Below are positions 36,501 to 50,900 of a DNA stretch of 64,000 nt, one piece after another (position 1 is the first letter of the stretch; the number at the start of each line of letters is the position of its first letter). Below the pieces are notes generated by a model, which saw nothing but the letters and a program-made list of their open reading frames with translations, was not told where the DNA came from and did not search any database. The position numbers and the translations under genes were made by a program. The stretch is from the human T2T-CHM13v2.0 reference genome, Homo sapiens: the NCBI RefSeq assembly GCF_009914755.1, contig NC_060926.1. The stretch is one strand, 5' to 3'.

Positions 36501-36874
36501 GGCATGGTCCATTTATTCCAACCTGAATTTTTTTGTATCTTATTGACCCTCCTTCTAGTAAGCATTTGCTTTACTATCCACAGAGCAGGCATAATGAGCA
36601 AGTCCCCTTGCACTGACTTCACGCAATCTAATGTTAGGTAGGCGTGAGAAGCAGAAAGTACCTTTCAATTCCATTCAGCAAGAATCCACAGTATACTTAC
36701 AATTTCCCTGAACTATGCTAAGCATTTTGAGACCTATAAAGCTGTAAAAAAGATTCTCTGACCTCGAGTTGCTTATAATCTTGTTGCAGTAACTCATAAA
36801 TCCACTGGCAAATAACACAGGATGTCATAAATTATTAACGTAACCAAGAAATCCCTCCCATATGTGTGCACGTG

Positions 36875-36903
<29 letters not shown>
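36875..36903. repeat. (CA)n microsatellite
   Basis: Directly visible. Confidence 0.95.
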
Positions 36904-36905
<2 letters not shown>

Positions 36906-38044
36906 TACACTGTAGAATGCTGAAAGGATTCCAAGACTGTAAATTCCATCTTCCTTCTCTTCTTCCAAAAATGGCCCTATGCTTTCACAGTATGCTGGAT
37001 TGTCAAGCCCTGAAGGAATAATGCTTAACATTCCAAAGAATTATCCCCACTTTTCCCTCACGTCGTTGGGCAGTTGGCATTTATCTTTATATATGGTGGT
37101 AAGGAGATGGAAACCAGAAATGGGATCCATATCACGGAATTCAAGAGAAAGGACTTTGAAAAATACAAAGAGCTATATGAGTATAAAAAACTGTTAGATG
37201 ATTGTCTAAAGGCAAGAACAAAAAGACTACATTAACAGGATCATTTTCTTCTCAGAAAAAAATTGCAGGAGCGTCTACCCAAGCCTGTAATAGAAAATTG
37301 GCCTGTGGAGTTACAAGATTGGTTACAAGATTTGATATAAAATAATCTCACCTCACCTATCAATCATTCCATGTGAACTATATCCAGTATAAGCTATGCT
37401 TATACTAACTGGTTAAACAAAAGGATCAAACGTAATTGTCATTTACTCTGTAACAGTGTTTTTCAATTAGATTATAATGGATGATCCTAGTATATATGAA
37501 TAAAAAATTATCAACAAATTATTACATACATAACCGCACCATAGAACATTATATTTAAAGGCAAATTATTTGTTAAAAGAAAAATGGTATCCATGTAGAC
37601 CACTCTCCGTGAGTGCTCAATGCAATAACTGCATCCATTACTACCCCAAGTTGAAGGGAATGAATGAAAAGACCACTATGCTGTAAATCGCTTAGAAGCA
37701 GAATTTAGTTAATTGAGAAATTATGTTCAGGTTAACCTATCCAGATAGCGTCATATCTATGTGGAGTAAGTTAATAGAAATTCCATGCTAGCTCCATGAA
37801 TTGGTTCAATAACAGGAAAAAATACAGATGAGGAGGAAGAGAGAACTGGCAATGTGAAGTGACACGTTTCAAAAACAATTCCTTTGTACTTATTCAGAGC
37901 TCCAAATCCATCCATACACATCACGGGAAATGTGACGATGCCCATGCACTTATCATTAGATTCACTCTCCAAAATGTCAACTACCAGAAATTAAACTCTT
38001 CCTGTAGGCCAGCTTGGTTTTTAAACACTATGTCTAATCTCGCA

Positions 38045-38190
38045 GCAACACCAGGACATAGGCTTCATTGTTGTACAGCTTTACAGATAAGGAAGTTGGG
38101 ACTCGAAAGAGTTAAATGAGTTGCCCAAAGTCACAAAGCTATTAAATGACCAAGACAGGACTGGGATGAAGCTCTTGAGTATGAAGTTTG
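38045..38190 (-). mobile_element. MIR
   Basis: 'ttacagataaggaagttgggactcgaaagagttaaatgagttgcccaaagtcacaaagcta'. Confidence 0.75.
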
Positions 38191-38214
38191 TGTAATATGT
38201 CCACTATGGCTAGC

Positions 38215-38578
38215 TGTATTAGTCCATCTTCACATTGCTAATACATACATACCTGACACTGGGTAATTTATGAAGAAGAGGAGGTTTCATGGACTCATAG
38301 TTCCATGTGGCTGGGGAGGCCTCACAATCATAGTGGAAAGCAAAAGGCACATCTTACATGGCAGCAGACAAGACAGAATGAGAGCAAAGAGAAAAGGGAA
38401 ACCCCTTATAAAACCATCAGATCTCGTGAGACTTATTCACTACCATGAGAACAGTATGGGGGAAACTGCCCCCATGATTCAATCATCTCCCACCAAGTCC
38501 CTCCCATAACACAAGGGAATTATGGGAGCTACAAGTCAAGACGAGATTTGGGTGGGGACACAGAGCCAAACCATATCA
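38215..38578 (-). mobile_element. THE1 (THE1B/C-like) MaLR solo LTR, complete, 364 nt
   Basis: TG...CA ends (tgatatggtttgg...ctaataca on the minus strand); perfect 5-bp TSD ctagc at 38210-38214 and 38579-38583. Confidence 0.95.
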
Positions 38579-39039
38579 CTAGCTGTTTGCCAAGTAACAG
38601 AGAGGAAAAAGATTCAGAAATAACATTTGTCTCTGTCTGGGTATTTGCCTTAAACTGCAAGCTCCTGGAGGGCAGGGCAGCATGTGTTCCTACCTGGTTC
38701 TCCTTATATGGCACTAAGCAGTATGAGCAGGTGCTGTGGAATATCATTTGGTACTGAGAACAATAAAGAAGCAAGAACACAGATGATGGTAGGAGCCTAG
38801 CTTGCTGTCCTGCCTCTGAATTTATAAAAGGTCTCAGGAATGACATGCAGGATAGGGAAATATACAGCCTCTGAGCCTTGGTAGCTACATACAACTCACG
38901 ATGCACACTGTCAATCTTGCTATGTTAACCGGCAAATGTCCAAAGGAGGCATTAAATCATTGCCAGAGACCACTCAGCTCACATTACGTTGTACTGAAGG
39001 GGGAGGAGGGGCAGATTTCAGAGTCCCACCTTCTTCCAA

Positions 39040-39400
39040 GCCCCCGCACTCTCCTCTATGTCTGCCCCGCAGCTCAGGCCTGGAATTTTATGTGCAGCAA
39101 AAAATCAAAGGTAAAATAAATGCTGAACAGCGATTGCTGTCATTGCCTTCCCCGCAGTCATTTCGCTATTAGCTGTTGGAGGAGCAGACCGTGTAGGCTG
39201 ACGAGATCTGAGTAAGGACGAGGGATGAGATGTCAAGGCAGGGAACACGGCTGCCTTTGCGAGGTGGCTTTGACTCGCGCTGCAGACATCACACGTCAGC
39301 TCGGTGGAGACAGCAAGCAAACCCAACTGCAGCCGCAGAGAGGAAGCAAAAGAGGAGTGTGTGAAAAGATCAGCATATTCAGCCTGCCAATTATTTTCCT
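39040..39400. promoter_or_regulatory. Candidate enhancer/promoter: CpG-retaining, apparently non-repeat segment
   Basis: About 15 CpGs in 39040-39340 within an otherwise CpG-depleted window; TGACG half-CRE motifs ('ctgacgag', 'acacgtca'); G-rich box 'gggggaggagggg' just upstream. Confidence 0.45.
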
Positions 39401-39667
39401 CCCTCCCCAACCCCACCCCCAAACACAAGTTCCTTAATATTAATAGTGCTGGAAATCGCAGCAATGAGCACATTGTTGGGGTGAAACTGAACATTACTCT
39501 CTAAATGAGATCCTGGGTGTGAAAGCAGAAGGTCCTCTCTGTCTCCCAGATCAGAACATTATCTGAGGCCAACAGCTCTGCAGCAGCTCTTAACCTCAAG
39601 AAAAGGGCTCGGCATTTCTGGTTCCCCAGTAAAGCCACAGCACACCCTGGGACTGTTCAAATTATGG

Positions 39668-39669
<2 letters not shown>

Positions 39670-39705
<36 letters not shown>
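39670..39705. repeat. (CA)n microsatellite
   Basis: Directly visible. Confidence 0.95.
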
Positions 39706-39707
<2 letters not shown>

Positions 39708-42700
39708 AAAGGAGATTATTACTAAGCTTGGGCTACAGCTTAAGAGGCATAAGTGGCATTCTCTTATTCCTCTGACTTGAATCCCTACACCTGTTACCCA
39801 AACTTCACTCACTGTTCTCCTCCACAAAAACACATTGTATCTTTGACATTACTATCAGTTTTGATATCAGAAGAATATGTGCCCAGGCAGCAGCATGACA
39901 TATGTTGAAAGAGCTAGAACACTTGGAACTCTAACCTACTTTTATGAGACTTTTTTTTCTGGGTACGAGTCCCTTAGCCCATCCTTAAAGAAATATGACC
40001 AGCACCCATTCCCATCATTTAACTTTCCCAGATTAGAATTGAAACCTCTTCCCAACTGTACTGCAGGAGGTAGAAACTAATAGTTCTTTCTGAAGATTAA
40101 ACCCTCTTAACCTTCAGGTGAAGAAATAAATATTATGCTGTTAAAGGATGAACCCCAGTCTAATGTCTATTAAATTCTTCCTGGCAGATTTTCCAGAGGT
40201 ACAATAAGCAAAAGGAAAGAATAATATTTTCAATTTGTTAGATAAATGTAGGCAGGATTGGAGGAAAATAAATGAAGAGTACTTGCTTAGACTCTCGTAT
40301 CGCTAATAACCCTGGAACATAATCTGAAGGGTTATTTAACCCCAGAGAGTTCAGGCTAGTGATGGAGGTCTCTGTGGGAGCAAGGTTTAGTCTCTGGATA
40401 ATAGGCCTGCAAGGCCTGGGAAGTTAGCAGTGCCCCAGCAAGCAAGATGCATTTCAGAGAAAATCCTAATGGAAATTGGGAAGTCATCTATCAGTAAAGA
40501 ACTGAGTGATCTTATCATGGGTTAGGAAGAAACAAGCAATTTCAGAAGCATTTGGGTAACTAGGATTTTACACCAATATATGAAATACCAGGGCTGGGAT
40601 TGTAAGACTGGTGCAGGGGCTCCTGATAACTATTTATTCATGCATTAAACCATTATTGTGTACCTATTATGTCCTACACTCTGTGATCATTGCTGCTAAC
40701 GCAAAGACAAATAGGATGTAGTCTTCAAGCAGCTTACCACGTCTACCGGGAGAGATAGTGAAGAGTCAATACATGACAATTTCAGAAGGGAATGCTTCCA
40801 AAATGGAGTGAGGATCTCTCCAAATTTAGGAGGGCATGGGTATCTACAGTAAGCAGAAACTGATAATTCCTTCTTTACAAATTTTTCTAAAATCTGCCAT
40901 ACTCCAAATATAATTCTCCATCTGAAAAAAAAATCATGAGAGACTTTAAAGGAAATGTGAACTAGTAATTATATTATACAAGCTAATCCCACAAATAATC
41001 ATATGAAACATAAAAAATTTCATTAACACCTAAGCCCGTCTGTATTTATTTTGTCTCATTCAATAGCACATCATGACTCTGTTTCCATGGCTCCAAAACA
41101 ACATGGAAATTTGGTCAGGTCAGTCAAATAAAAAGTCAAATGAGTTTTTAAAAGACAAAAAGACACAAACTGAAATGGTTGCTATCTTCATCCTTTACAG
41201 GCACAGTCTAAAGCCTATTTGTTTCTCTTTGTTGGCTGTCTGCTTTCATACTGATTCTCAAATCCCTTTTCTCTACTATTTTATATAATACACAACTTTG
41301 CCTGAGTTAAATTGCATATAATATCTTAATACATCATCTTCCAATCATTAATTTTCATCAGAGAATGTCAGCAAGGAATTATGTCAGATTACTTGAACCA
41401 GATTTTTTCTCATAAATCCATTGTAACCTCTATATAGCCTTCTTTTCTATCAGAAAGTATCCATCTCTCTTGGAAGCTTCTTAAATTTTTTTGAAAATAA
41501 AGTTAAACTTACTCAAACTGCCCTTGTCTTTCTTCTTTAACAAATGTTTATTGAGTTTCTATTATTTGAAAAGCATTTAGTAACATGTTGAGGATTAAGG
41601 ACAAATATAGTCTCTGATTTACAGGTAGAGTGAGATTTTCCATGCTGTTTTGAAGAAAAGGCAAGTTATCCCATAATGACAAGAAGTTGTTCTCAGTTGG
41701 AACTGGAACCAACACCTCCTTGAAAGACTTGTTGAGAGGCCGACCCAGTGCAGAATTTCCACTGACTGTTCAACCCTCCACCAATCCCCACATCAAAAAA
41801 AAAGTCAACCATGGGGCCAGATGAGGTGGGTACTACAGGGTTTATGAAAAGAAGATAAAGGAATAAGAGATGCTCCCCTGTGAGAAGCCAATATAATTAT
41901 CTGTGAAGCCTGGAGGTTCCAGAAAGATGGAGTTACTGACAACTGGCTCCCTGGCTGGGGGCTTGCTGAGCTGCAGTACCCCTAGGTCCATGCTGGCAAC
42001 ACCCCAGGGAGGAGCATGCTAAGGGATCCTTAGGAGAGAGTTCTAGAACTCTGAAGGTATGTTGGTGTTATTTTTTGGTCTGTTTCCCCAACTGTGGACA
42101 GGAGGAAGTAAGTGCTTCAGAGGTTTATCTTAAAGTTTATAGGTCATTCTTGAATATAAAGCAGGCTGCCTATTTCTGGCTCCTTAGAGACTTACAAGGG
42201 ATAGAGACCACTGGAGCAGCCCATGCCAGTGGAAATTAAAGGGTTTGGCATTCCTCGGCAGCCTTTCCCAGCTCTTCACAGCCCTCAGAGCATGTGGAAA
42301 AGCATTCCACTTTCATAGAATACAGTACAGAAATGAGCTGAGAATACCCTGGCAGTTTCTGAGCCAATAGATAGGATGTCTAATCCAAAGAAGTGTACTG
42401 CTGGAGAAGTGAAGGGATACATGGCTATTCCTTGAGGGAATGTTTCAGTGATAAGGAAGGCTGGGGCAATGATAAATGCCACCCAGTGAAGACCAAGCAC
42501 ACCATCTGGTTGGAAACCTTAATGCCAGCAGATACTATCAACATCCTCAGCTGGAACCAGATTGGCCTAAGGGAAGATGTGAAACCACCACACATGGGCA
42601 GTCAAGTAAAAACACTTCTGCCTCCCCATATGCTTGCTTCCATCTTGCCTACCACGCCACAGAAGTCAATGCCCAGGAAAGGACTTAGGGGAGAGGGGAC

Positions 42701-42919
42701 TAAGCACCAGGCCTCAGCCCCCACCTCCTTCACATCCAGCTTCCACGGCAACAGCTGAGGAGAAGATGAGATTTGATTGAGATTAATAGTAAAGCTTTTA
42801 AAATAAACACATTTAAGTCTCCAACTAGTGATCATTATTTCATAAAATAAAATAATTTCTTGTATAGGTCAATTAGTTGCTACCTACACATGTATAAGCT
42901 TATTTTAATTTTCCTGTAA

Positions 42920-43755
<836 letters not shown>

Positions 43756-46274
43756 ATACACACAGAAACCTAAAAGTTGCATCAAATGTTTGGTTGCTTC
43801 AACAATTATCAAGATAATTGGCATTTTTTCCCTTTCATCAAATCGTTTATCATCATCCTTCTGTTAATCATTGAATATGACTTATTATAACTAGAAAAGA
43901 GCACATAGCATATACTGAAGGTCCTAAAATAAAAATTGATTTTAATGGATTGGTTTGCATAAAAAATATTCAAATGTACTTTATTTTCAGTTTTCCAAAA
44001 ATGTCACTAACATACCCTTTAAAATATTCACATTAATAATAAATACTATATTTCAAAAAAATACATTCATTGAAGAAGTAAAATGAAGGAATGAAATACA
44101 AAATGTAAAAAATATTGCTTCCTTATGACTTCCTTGCAAAAATTATTTGTGTCTAGGTATAACTGATTAGTGTGGCTACTTTGACTAAAGGAGAATAAAT
44201 AACATTGCAAGAAAAGTGAAGTGTATTTTAAGAATACAAAAGACATCTTGGATCTCAGAACTGGTGGAGAATTTTCCAGAGATTTCAAGAACCTAGAAGC
44301 AAGGAAGCCCTATAATCCCTCTCTTGGGGCCTCTCAATTTCTCTCTGGATTCTTGTTCCATTGTCAGCTTTTCACTAAAGAGACTCTTAAGCTGTCATGG
44401 TTTATTCTGGCTCATAAGTTTGCTACAACACTCAGTATCCTGACTCTTTGACCTTAGGTTCCACAACCAACTGGCAACTTCCCTTCATGTTTCTTAGTTC
44501 AAAGAAACAAGTGAGAAAACCGTACTGGTTCATATTTTTGTCCTAAACCAAGAGATAACAGCCAAAGCAGATATGGGCTACCCTTGGATCTTCATCACTC
44601 AGACTTTTTCAGCAAGGTGGGATACAGTACTTGAAGAAATTGAGCCCCTAGTGAACTCTAGTCCTAGGTCCCACCATAGAGAATCACGTAACAGCTGAGA
44701 AAAGGATTTTGACTAAACTTTATTTATATTATGCATAGTTTTATTTCTATTGAATTTCATTACAAATAAAATAGCCTTTTTAAAATCCATCTTATAATCT
44801 CACTTTGTGGCAGAAATTGAATCCCTTTAAGAAAAGATTTTCCATCTTATTTTTGGACCATAACATCACTGGGGTCATCAAAGATTTCAAAGACCCTACA
44901 GGTCATCTATCCCATATTTCCTCACTTATTAGTCCCCAAAATTTTACCGGAATTTTAAATTTTTTAATTGCAAGTAAATTATTCACACTTAGTAGAATGG
45001 AAAATACAAACATTTTCATGGTATAGGTAAAAATGCATTTAAATCACCTGAAGAAAAATTGCAGTTGCCTCTACACTCTAAAAACCACTTCCTGCATGGA
45101 AAAGAGAGCTCATAACCACAAAAGAAATTCTACCCAGAAGGAAACTCTTTCTGTCATCGAACTTAACCACATCCCCTCTTGTTCTTTACTCAGTGGAAAT
45201 TAAAAATAATCTTTCTCAAATGAGCTAAGAAAAGCAACACCTCCTTTCTTACACAGCCACCTCTTATTAAGTACATCCTAAGTTAAAGACTTTTCTTACA
45301 TATTGCTGAATTTGACTTAAAATTTGGAGGTCCTCATGAGCTCAATTTTCTCTTACCTTAAAAGGTTCTCAAGGTCAACTACAGGACTTCCTTGAAGCAA
45401 ATCCAAATGACTTTGCCTTTTGGGTACAACACGTTTTTCTCATACAGCACCCTCAGTTTAACCCCATGAAACAATGAAGAATAAGAGGGCTAGAACTAGT
45501 GGCTTCTACAAACTAAATGTTAGTATTTTGTTTCCATATCATAGGCCTAATTGTAATATACTAACTAAAATATAAGAATGTATTTTTATTCTTCCCTGCT
45601 TTTGAACAGAAAATAACCAAACTATCAGTTCTATCTAATTAACAATGCCATGCTAATTTCACAACAGTATTTCCAAAATGACACACAAGGTGAATATGCT
45701 TCCGGAAAACATTAAAGATAATTCACTTGCAATACACTTGCAAAGATGAGACTCCAGGAATGAGTAATAACAAATGCAGATCCAAGTGCATTTGGAGGAT
45801 CAGGAATGGATTGAACAGCACCTCCATTCTCCCCAGGTAGGACAGAGTTGATGGGTAAAATTAAGTAAGTTAGAATGTTCTGATGCATTCCTGAAGTATA
45901 AGCAGCCTTCTCCAGCCACCTCTAGCTCATTCTCCTCTAGTACATTCTTTCTCTTCCCAGTCAGGGACCCTGAAGCTGGTGTTCTTACAGGAAGCGCAGT
46001 CTTATCAATAATTCCCACACATGGCTGGGCACCAAAACCACCAGGATTAGTTGCTAAAAACACAGGATCTTGGGACCGCCCTGGTCGTTTTGAATCAGAA
46101 ACCTGAAGAAAGATATAGTTAATCTATATTACCTAGCTAATTCCTAAGCAACCAGCCTGGTTCCAAACCCAAATCAAGCACTTGGGAGCTTCTGCCTGCA
46201 TATAATGTTTAGGTTCCCTTCCTCAGATTGTGTGGCTATTGGCAGGAGAGTAAGGAAATCAAAAGGATTTCAGT

Positions 46275-46700
46275 AAGCCAATAGCAAAATTGGCAAAAAA
46301 CAACACAATTCATACACACACACACAAACACACACATGCACACACTGTGCAAATGGCTATTTAACACATGAAAAAATGATCCTCCTCATAACAAGACTAA
46401 TACCTGTGAAAACCACACTGAGATACCATTTCTTACCTGTCAGACTGGCAAAAATTAAAAAGTATAACAATATATTCCGTTGCTGAGGCAGCAGGGGATA
46501 CAAGAACTCTCACACATTTTTAGTCAGGATGCAAACTGATGTGATCTTAATGGAGGGGAATTCGGCAATGCCTAACAAAATTACATAGAGCGTTCCTTTG
46601 CATCTGAACCCAACAATCTCTCCTCTAGGAATTTACACGGAAGAAATACTTCCAACAATATCAAAATATGTATGCACATCTGTTTCCAATAATTGCAAAA
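46275..46700 (+). mobile_element. Old L1MC/ME fragment from the ORF2 3' region
   Basis: 'aaaaccacactgagataccatttcttacctgtcagactggcaaaaatt...ctctaggaatttac'. Confidence 0.7.
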
Positions 46701-47092
46701 TCCTCACTCACCCTCTACCATTTTACCTGTGCCCTGTTCATGGCTAGAAAAACACATTTCAGTCAACAAGAGCACATCCATGTAGATAAGATCCTAGAGA
46801 TACCTAAATTTGTGGTATGAGGAAAACTAAAGTTATACTTAAGAAATACGGCCCCCCAAAAAAACCGTACCTGACAGAGGCTGCACCAGTGCTTTCCAGA
46901 AACATTTTTCTCGTGTACAGAATTTTCTTTGGATGAGATACACCCTAGAAAATTAAATATGAAGAGAAGGAAGATTCCAGATCTTCTTCAGAGTCTCTCT
47001 GCACTCACTCTGAGAAGCCATCTTGGACTTCTAGATGTTGGCCTTCCCGCGTGATTCTGCCTCTGGCTCTGCCTTCCCTGCGGTTCTCTTTG

Positions 47093-47235
47093 GTTTTTTT
47101 GTTTGATTGTTTTTTTATTATACTTTAAGTTCTAGGGTGCATGTGCACAACGTGCAGGTTTGTTATATTTGTATACATGCGCCATGTTGGTGTGCTGCAC
47201 CCATTAACTCGTCATTTACATTAGGTATATCTCCT
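47093..47235 (-). mobile_element. Extremely 5'-truncated L1PA5-like insertion (about 140 nt)
   Basis: 'tatactttaagttctagggtgcatgtgcacaacgtgcagg...tcatttacattaggtatatctcct'; TSD cctgcggt(t/g)ctctttg at 47077-47092 and 47233-47248. Confidence 0.92.
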
Positions 47236-47489
47236 GCGGTGCTCTTTGATCTAGTGTCTCATTTACACATAATTTCATCAAGGGCATTAAAATTCCCTCG
47301 CCAGGCCCTGAGGAAGCTTCTCTTCACATACCCACCCAAGAGCCAAGCAACTGGCTTTGAATGTACTTGTTAATTAAAAAAAAAAAAAATACGTTACAAA
47401 ATTAAGGCAGAGGTTACTGTGTAACGACAACTATGGGAAGTAGAAAATGGTGGCACATAACAGCCTGCATCCCCACTACTCAGAATTAA

Positions 47490-48183
47490 GCTTTTTTTCC
47501 TATTTACTTTTATTTTATAATTTTTTGTAATTGATTTTAAAAAGTTTATGTACGGTGTACAATGTGATGCTTTGATATACGTATGCATTGTGGAGTGAGT
47601 AAATCAAGCTAATTAGCATGTCCATCTCCTCACATACTTATTTTTAGTGGTGAAAACATTTAAAATCTACTCTCTCAGCAATTCATATATACATACATTG
47701 TTATTAACTAGCGTCAACATGCTGTTTAGTAGAGCTCCAGAACTTATTGATCCTGTGTAACTGCAACTTTTTATCCTTTAACCAAAATCTCCCCATTCCC
47801 ACCCATCCTAGCCCTTTGTAAACCCCCATTATATTCTCTGCTTCTATTAGTTTGACTTTTTGGAATTTCATACAAGATCATGCCATAGTTGCCTTTGTTG
47901 TCACAAATGACAGGATTTCCTTTTTTAAGACTGAATAGTATTCCATTGTGTGCATATACCACCTTATCTTTATTCATTCATTCATTGATGGACACAGGTT
48001 AATTCCATATCTCAGCTAATATGAATAATGCTGCAATGAATATGGAAATGTAGATTTCCCTTTAAGACACTGATTTTGTTTCCTTTGAATATATGCCCAG
48101 AAGTGGAATTGATGGATCATATGGTAGTTCTATATTTAACTTTTTGAGGAAAATCCATACTCTTTTCCATAATGGCTGTACTA
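47490..48183 (-). mobile_element. L1MA-type 3' end
   Basis: 'ggtgtacaatgtgatg...aaatcaagctaattagc...ggatcatatggtagttctatatttaactttttgagg'. Confidence 0.8.
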
Positions 48184-48301
48184 GGCTTTTATTTTTTATA
48201 GCATTTTTTTCAGGCATACTGTCTCAGCAGCTCTCACTCAGTAATTCATCATTAAATAGTTTTTTGAATTCAAATGTATAGAACTTTATTGCAATTTAAA
48301 G

Positions 48302-48390
48302 GTATATATATGTGTATATATATGTGTATATATGTGTATATATGTATATATGTGTATATGTGTATATATATGTATATATGTATATATATA

Positions 48391-48422
<32 letters not shown>
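48302..48422. repeat. Imperfect (TA/TG)n microsatellite
   Basis: Directly visible. Confidence 0.95.
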
Positions 48423-49149
48423 GCTAAATTAACAAAAACGGTAAGTGGTCAAAAATTTAGTGCATCCTAATTAGTTTCATCCATTCCTCCAAAATTTAGG
48501 GCCTAAAATAATGCAGTAACTTCTGGAGTAGCAGCAATATGTATACTGGATTATGCTTTCTTACAAAAGTGATTTTTTAATAGGCACCAAGTAGAAAGAA
48601 TCTGCATCATTTAAGAGTCCCCTGTGTGGAAGAATCTGTTCTATTTTATGTTTGTTGATTTGAAAGGGTATTTCAGAAAGAATGGGAAAATGAGCCCAGG
48701 AGATCAATATTCTGAACAATTAACCTATAAACAAATAAAAAACACAGTATATGGGCTACTTAATGTCACATCTCTATAGACAGACAACAATACATTTGTA
48801 AGCAAGCTTGACATGATGGATATAACTAGATTAGTGGCATACTTTGCCAAAACAAAAGCACATGTGCTTTCTTTCATTGTTCCATGTTGTGAGAGATGCT
48901 CTCTGCCTTTCCCTCTCTTTAATCCTCTCACCCTGATATTCATCAATAATTTGGACATTTATATAATAGCTTTGCAAAAGAAAAAGCAGAGGCAAACTTA
49001 CCCATTGTGAGGCTCAAGTTTAAGCCATTTTTTTAGGACTCCAAGGGAAATACCACACAAAAGACATAAGAAGCTATGGCTTGCCTAGTTTCCTGAAGAT
49101 GATGTTGGATCTGTATATGCACTCACAGCTTACCATTTTGGTGACAAAT

Positions 49150-49295
49150 CAATGGTTCCCAACTATGACTGTACATTAGAATCTACTCAGAGGTTTGTAA
49201 AAATACTCACTTCTCCCCCCACCTAGCCACCCAGCCAATTGACATGGAATCTCAAAAAGTTGGGCTCAACACCTTTAGTTCTTAAAAACTCCAGA
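49150..49295. mobile_element. MER5-family hAT MITE fragment
   Basis: 'caatggttcccaact...tgtacattagaatc...aaaaatact...gaatctc...aaaaactcc'. Confidence 0.5.
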
Positions 49296-50559
49296 TTTTT
49301 AAAAAAATCTATCCCTGAGGCACAGGGATAGTTGAGATCAACTTCATTAAATAAAGAAATCTCCTTTTTGTTCCAGTCCACAAACTGTATCAATAAGCCC
49401 AAAACTTTATAAGCCACCAATATTACCCTTTCTTGCCTGCTGGAAAAGTCTAAGTGGAATTGTTATTTAAGATACTTTGACTGGATCCCAGGAAGCATAG
49501 TTTCTGAAAGATATTCATTTATGCCAGAAATAAAAATTATCTTTAAAACCAGAATAGAAAATTTTAATGACCAAGAATTTGCAGAAAACACATTGATAAC
49601 ATATCTCCTAGAGATAAACCAATTTCAATATATTTGAAATATATATCTATTCTTAAATATCTATTTTTGTATTTTAGAAAATATGTGCTAGTATTATTAC
49701 CTACTTGTTTGTTTTGAGTTGCATGAAATATAGAACCATGTTAACATAGAATTGAGATATTTATATAAAATGTAAAACCTTACACAGTTGTCCTAAATGA
49801 AAGAGAAGAAATACAACAGATAAAGTAGTGTTATTTTCCTCAACTTTGGTCCTTCTCAACTCTTTATAATAGTTTCCCTTTCTATGAGTGGTAAGAATTC
49901 ATGAGATTGTAACATAGAACATATCTTCCAAAGAGGATGACACTGCTTTTTAAATAATAAAGACTAGATTAATTATTAAAAGGAAATATAAAGAAATTTA
50001 CAAGGGAGACATTTCATGAAAAATAGCTACCTGTTCTTTGAAAGAAAGAAAAGGTGTAGCATATTCTTTATCGACTACTTCCTCCTCTGGGGGAAAAGAA
50101 AGGTGAGTGCTTTGACAATATTTATGTGAGCAGGATGAAATAATGGAGACAATGCCAGCTGCCAAGGAGATCAAATCCATGGAAAAGAAAAATACAAGCA
50201 GTAGGTGTAGGGGGAAGAAAGAAAAGCATTAAAAATTAAAGCCAGACAATAACTGCAAGAGAGAATTTAACATCTGAAAAGACTTTTGAATTACAGATAG
50301 TGCTAACAATGGAAGATGTGTCTAGAGAAAACAAGGTAAGGGAAAGAGTAACCAAAAAGAGTTTTAAAAAATAAGCAGAATAAAAATTATATCATTTGGT
50401 TTTATCACTTTAATGAACATAAGCCAAAGGGTAAGGTTACAGGCAAAGGTTTATTTCACCTGTGTACTTTCATCAGTTCCCAAGTCAACAAATATGTGGA
50501 CAGAATATGACAATCTTGAAAGCAAAAAAATGGAAATGGGCACTAAAGCTCAATGCATA

Positions 50560-50900
50560 TGTTATTGTTGACATGTTTCACCTTTGCTTTCAGGTACTTC
50601 AAAATATTTGCTTCTGGAATCTCGTATCCCAGTCTGTATTTGGACTCAACAGTCCATTGGCCAAATTTTTGTCCAGGCTTATCTTCAGCTTTTTTAGTTT
50701 CACATGGCAAGGGAAACAATGGAATAATCTGCCTGCTTTATAAAGGCAAGTCCAACTCAGCCCAGCCTGCTGTTCCTTTGCAGGTTGCCTTGGGGCGGAG
50801 TGGGAGAAGTGTTGCTGAAGAGAGAGAAGAGACTTCAGTGGCAACCTCATTTTTCTGCACACCAATACTAAAGCAATGTGCTGCTTTGAGATGAAATAAA
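50560..50900. other. Non-repeat cluster of splice-, promoter- and polyA-like signals (ambiguous)
   Basis: Plus-strand acceptors 'tttcacctttgctttcag|' (50593) and 'ctgttcctttgcag|' (50783); GC donor AAG|gcaagt (50745); palindromic ctttataaag; GC-box ggggcggagt; AATAAA near 50895. Confidence 0.25.
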
